This document shows, piece by piece, positions 60,851 through 64,000 of a stretch of 64,000 nt of DNA; position 1 is the first letter of the stretch; every line of letters begins with the position of its first letter. The DNA is from an uncultured Ruminococcus sp. (GTDB taxonomy: Bacteria; Bacillota; Clostridia; Oscillospirales; Ruminococcaceae), in the NCBI GenBank assembly GCA_947177755.1, contig CAMWVV010000001.1, positions 1,592-65,591 on the forward strand. The letters are read 5' to 3'. A program made the position numbers and the translations under genes. The notes below the pieces were generated by a model. It was not told where the DNA came from and made no database searches. It saw nothing but the letters and a program-made list of their open reading frames with translations.

Positions 60851-61403
60851 TTCTGAAATACAGAAAAAATATATTGTCGTCTTTGAGATATTCGCACTCT
60901 TCCTCAACATGTTTTTCCGAGAGAAATATATGACTTATATTCATACCAATCATTTTGGTAATTTCTGTGGTTTCGTCTTCGGCGAATGCTTCCATAAACT
61001 TTTCCCAGCTATAGCCGTCTTCCAGAAAACCGCCCCAGACTTTTTCGGTCGGGTCGGAATATCCCATTGCTTCATTTTCTTCCTCGTCCCAGTACGGCTC
61101 ACCAATCAGAATGGATTCGATTTTTTTGCCTGTACAGGAATACACAGCCATTGTCACAAAATCGCTGTCCACTTCTTCAACACGTATGCAGTCCATATTC
61201 AGACGTTTTGCCATATTCGGACTGTCTGATACCAATGTAATCCATTTGTCCGTAAATGCAACTGCACGGAAAAATTCAGCATTTTCTTCGTCGGTTGCAA
61301 CATAGCCCATTTCCTGCATTTTTTCACAGAATAATTTCGTAAACTTTTCACGGCTGAGATTTTCACGGTTATGCAGAACCGTTGTCACGCTGAAACATCC
61401 CAT
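60846..61403 (-). CDS. Acidic hypothetical protein
   Basis: AGAGGTG SD, 185 aa, no recognised motif. Confidence 0.65.
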   Translation of the reverse strand: MGCFSVTTVLHNRENLSREKFTKLFCEKMQEMGYVATDEENAEFFRAVAFTDKWITLVSDSPNMAKRLNMDCIRVEEVDSDFVTMAVYSCTGKKIESILIGEPYWDEEENEAMGYSDPTEKVWGGFLEDGYSWEKFMEAFAEDETTEITKMIGMNISHIFLSEKHVEEECEYLKDDNIFFLYFRK

Positions 61404-61430
61404 AATATTCACCTCTTTCAAGAATATAAA

Positions 61431-61471
61431 GAAAAGCCGTTATCCGTCAAAAAACAGATAACGGCTCTTTT
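61431..61471 (-). terminator. ppdK terminator
   Basis: AGCCGTTATC/GATAACGGCT stem followed by TTTCTTT on the minus strand. Confidence 0.7.
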
Positions 61472-61513
61472 GGTTATGTGAAATTAAATATTCACAGTTA
61501 TTGTTTGTACAAA

Positions 61514-64000
61514 TTACTTCTGGTCAGCAATAGCAGCCTGAGCAGCAGCAAGTCTTGCAATCGGCACACGGAAAGGTGAGCATGAAACGTAATCAAGACC
61601 AATCTTGTGGCAGAACTCAACAGAAGTCGGGTCGCCGCCGTGTTCGCCGCAGATACCGCAGTGAAGTTTTTCGTTAGCGGGTTTACCGAGCTTGAGAGCC
61701 ATATCCATGAGCTTACCTACACCTGTCTGGTCAAGCTTAGCGAACGGGTCGTTTTCGAAAATCTTCTTGTCGTAGTAAGCATCGAGGAATTTACCAGCGT
61801 CGTCACGTGAGAAGCCGTAAGTCATCTGAGTAAGGTCGTTTGTACCGAAGCAGAAGAAGTCAGCATTTTTAGCGATTTCGTCAGCTGTAAGAGCAGCACG
61901 TGGGATTTCAATCATAGTACCAACTTCGTATTCAAGTTCAACGCCAGCTTCCTTGATAAGAGCGTCAGCAGCTTCAACAACTACTTTCTTAACAAACTTG
62001 AATTCCTTGATGTCACCAACAAGCGGAATCATGATTTCAGGCTTAACAGTCCAGTCAGGGTGATTAGCCTTAACGTTGATAGCAGCCTTGATGATAGCAT
62101 TTGTCTGCATTTTAGCGATTTCGGGGTATGTTACAGCAAGACGGCAGCCTCTGTGACCCATCATCGGGTTAAATTCGTGGAGACCTGCAATAATGTTCTT
62201 GATAGCTTCAACGGACTTGCCCTGTGCATCAGCGAGAGCCTTGATGTCAGCTTCTTCTGTAGGAACAAATTCGTGGAGAGGCGGGTCAAGGAATCTGATA
62301 GTAACAGGGTTACCTTCGAGAGCCTCATAGAGAGCTTCAAAGTCAGCCTGCTGCATGGGTTCGATTTTAGCAAGGGCAGCTTCTCTTTCTTCAACTGTAT
62401 CTGAGCAAATCATTTCACGGAATGCAGCGATTCTTTCAGGGTCAAAGAACATATGCTCTGTACGGCAGAGACCAATACCTTCTGCACCGAGTTCACGAGC
62501 CTTCTTAGCGTCAGCAGGTGTATCAGCGTTTGTTCTTACCTTGAGAACTCTGTATTTGTCAGCCCACTGCATGATTCTGTCAAATTCGCCTGCAATTGTA
62601 GCGTCAACAGTAGGAATGACACCATCATAGATATTACCTGTTGTACCGTCGATTGAGATGTAGTCGCCTTCAACGAAAGTCTTTCCGCCGAGTTCAAACT
62701 TCTTGTTAGCTTCGTCCATCTTGATTTCGCCGCAGCCTGATACACAGCAAGTACCCATGCCACGAGCAACAACAGCAGCGTGTGAAGTCATACCGCCACG
62801 AACTGTGAGGATACCCTGAGCCACTTTCATACCTGTAATATCTTCAGGTGATGTTTCAAGACGAACGAGTACAACCTTTTCGCCCTTTGCAGCCCAAACT
62901 TCTGCGTCGTCAGCTGTAAATACAACCTTACCGCAGGCAGCACCGGGTGAAGCACCAAGACCCTTGCCCATAGGAGTAGCAGCCTTGAGAGCAGCAGCGT
63001 CAAACTGTGGGTGGAGAAGAGTATCGAGGTTTCTCGGGTCAATCATTGCAACAGCTTCCTGCTCTGTCTTCATGCCTTCGTCAACGAGGTCGCAGGCGAT
63101 TTTAAGTGCAGCCTGTGCAGTTCTCTTACCGTTACGGCACTGGAGCATATAAAGCTTGCCGTTTTCAACAGTAAATTCCATATCCTGCATATCGTGATAA
63201 CGGTCTTCAAGAATCTGACAAACCTTTACAAATTCTTCATAAGCTTCAGGGAACTTTTCAGCCATCTGAGCAATAGGCATAGGAGTTCTTACACCTGCAA
63301 CAACGTCTTCGCCCTGTGCGTTTGTAAGGAATTCACCCATAAGCTTCTTTTCGCCTGTAGCAGGGTCACGTGTGAATGCAACACCTGTACCGCAGTCGTC
63401 GCCCATGTTGCCGAATGCCATTGACTGAACGTTAACAGCAGTACCCCATGAGAAAGGAATATCGTTGTCACGTCTGTAAACGTTAGCTCTCGGGTTGTCC
63501 CATGAACGGAATACAGCCTTGATAGCACCTATGAGCTGTTCCTTCGGGTCATCGGGGAAGTCACTGCCGATTTTTGACTTATATTCAGCCTTGAACTGGT
63601 TAGCGAGTTCCTTGAGGTCATCTGCATTGAGTTCAACGTCCTGAGTAACGCCTCTGTCTTCTTTCATAGCGTCGATAAGCTGTTCAAAGTACTTCTTACC
63701 AACTTCCATAACAACGTCTGAGTACATCTGGATAAATCTTCTGTAGCAGTCCCAAGCCCATCTGGGGTTGTTGGATTTTTCTGCGATTGTCTCAACAACT
63801 GTTTCATTAAGACCGAGATTAAGGATAGTATCCATCATACCAGGCATTGAAGCTCTTGCACCTGAACGAACGGAAACGAGGAGCGGATTTTCCTTGTCGC
63901 CGAACTTCTTGCCTGTGATTTCTTCCATTTTTACGATATATTCGTTGATTTCGGTCATGATTTCATCACTGATACCGCCGTCCTCATAATACTGAGTACA
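61514..64000 (-). CDS. ppdK: Pyruvate, phosphate dikinase; 5' end lies beyond the window
   Basis: SVRSGARASMPGMMDT, GGMTSHAAVVARG (phospho-His), GIGLCRTEHMF, FGTNDLTQ, GICGEHGGDP; frame is open to 64000. Confidence 0.98.
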   Translation of the reverse strand, partial: CTQYYEDGGISDEIMTEINEYIVKMEEITGKKFGDKENPLLVSVRSGARASMPGMMDTILNLGLNETVVETIAEKSNNPRWAWDCYRRFIQMYSDVVMEVGKKYFEQLIDAMKEDRGVTQDVELNADDLKELANQFKAEYKSKIGSDFPDDPKEQLIGAIKAVFRSWDNPRANVYRRDNDIPFSWGTAVNVQSMAFGNMGDDCGTGVAFTRDPATGEKKLMGEFLTNAQGEDVVAGVRTPMPIAQMAEKFPEAYEEFVKVCQILEDRYHDMQDMEFTVENGKLYMLQCRNGKRTAQAALKIACDLVDEGMKTEQEAVAMIDPRNLDTLLHPQFDAAALKAATPMGKGLGASPGAACGKVVFTADDAEVWAAKGEKVVLVRLETSPEDITGMKVAQGILTVRGGMTSHAAVVARGMGTCCVSGCGEIKMDEANKKFELGGKTFVEGDYISIDGTTGNIYDGVIPTVDATIAGEFDRIMQWADKYRVLKVRTNADTPADAKKARELGAEGIGLCRTEHMFFDPERIAAFREMICSDTVEEREAALAKIEPMQQADFEALYEALEGNPVTIRFLDPPLHEFVPTEEADIKALADAQGKSVEAIKNIIAGLHEFNPMMGHRGCRLAVTYPEIAKMQTNAIIKAAINVKANHPDWTVKPEIMIPLVGDIKEFKFVKKVVVEAADALIKEAGVELEYEVGTMIEIPRAALTADEIAKNADFFCFGTNDLTQMTYGFSRDDAGKFLDAYYDKKIFENDPFAKLDQTGVGKLMDMALKLGKPANEKLHCGICGEHGGDPTSVEFCHKIGLDYVSCSPFRVPIARLAAAQAAIADQK

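Noticed and set aside
61607-63989. Many short ORFs overlapping ppdK, and similar ones over ilvB, ilvD, infB, mfd and GH74
   Set aside because: By-products of strong codon bias in highly expressed genes

Overview
This is a 64 kb chromosomal segment of an AT-rich Firmicute, most likely a cellulosome-producing Ruminococcus (it has a R. flavefaciens-style dockerin on a GH74 enzyme, a GH94 phosphorylase, and ppdK). Core blocks are: wzm/wzt polysaccharide export; a branched-chain amino acid (BCAA) cluster (ilvBNC, ilvD, leuCD, leuB, ilvA) followed by ridA-nadA-hydE; the rimP-nusA-ylxR-L7Ae-infB-rbfA-nrnA-truB-ribF operon; a GldA/F/G-like ABC system with DUF4340; asp23-DAK2; SOR-rubrerythrin; pth-mfd; and ppdK (partial). 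AT-rich accessory genes are interleaved, some resembling toxin-immunity proteins. I saw no CRISPR array, rRNA, canonical tRNA, integrase or transposase. The most notable unexplained signals are: (i) an unannotated Val/Ile/Leu-rich leader peptide with terminator and antiterminator pairing before ilvB; (ii) a 77-nt tRNA-like element ending in GCCA just upstream of ilvD; (iii) an orphan iteron/AT-rich origin-like element at 49.8-50.1 kb; (iv) two paralogous membrane proteins with Q/N-rich prion-like N-termini and SH3b arrays; and (v) a gene flanked by near-identical terminators. All family calls come from motif recognition by eye, with no database searches.
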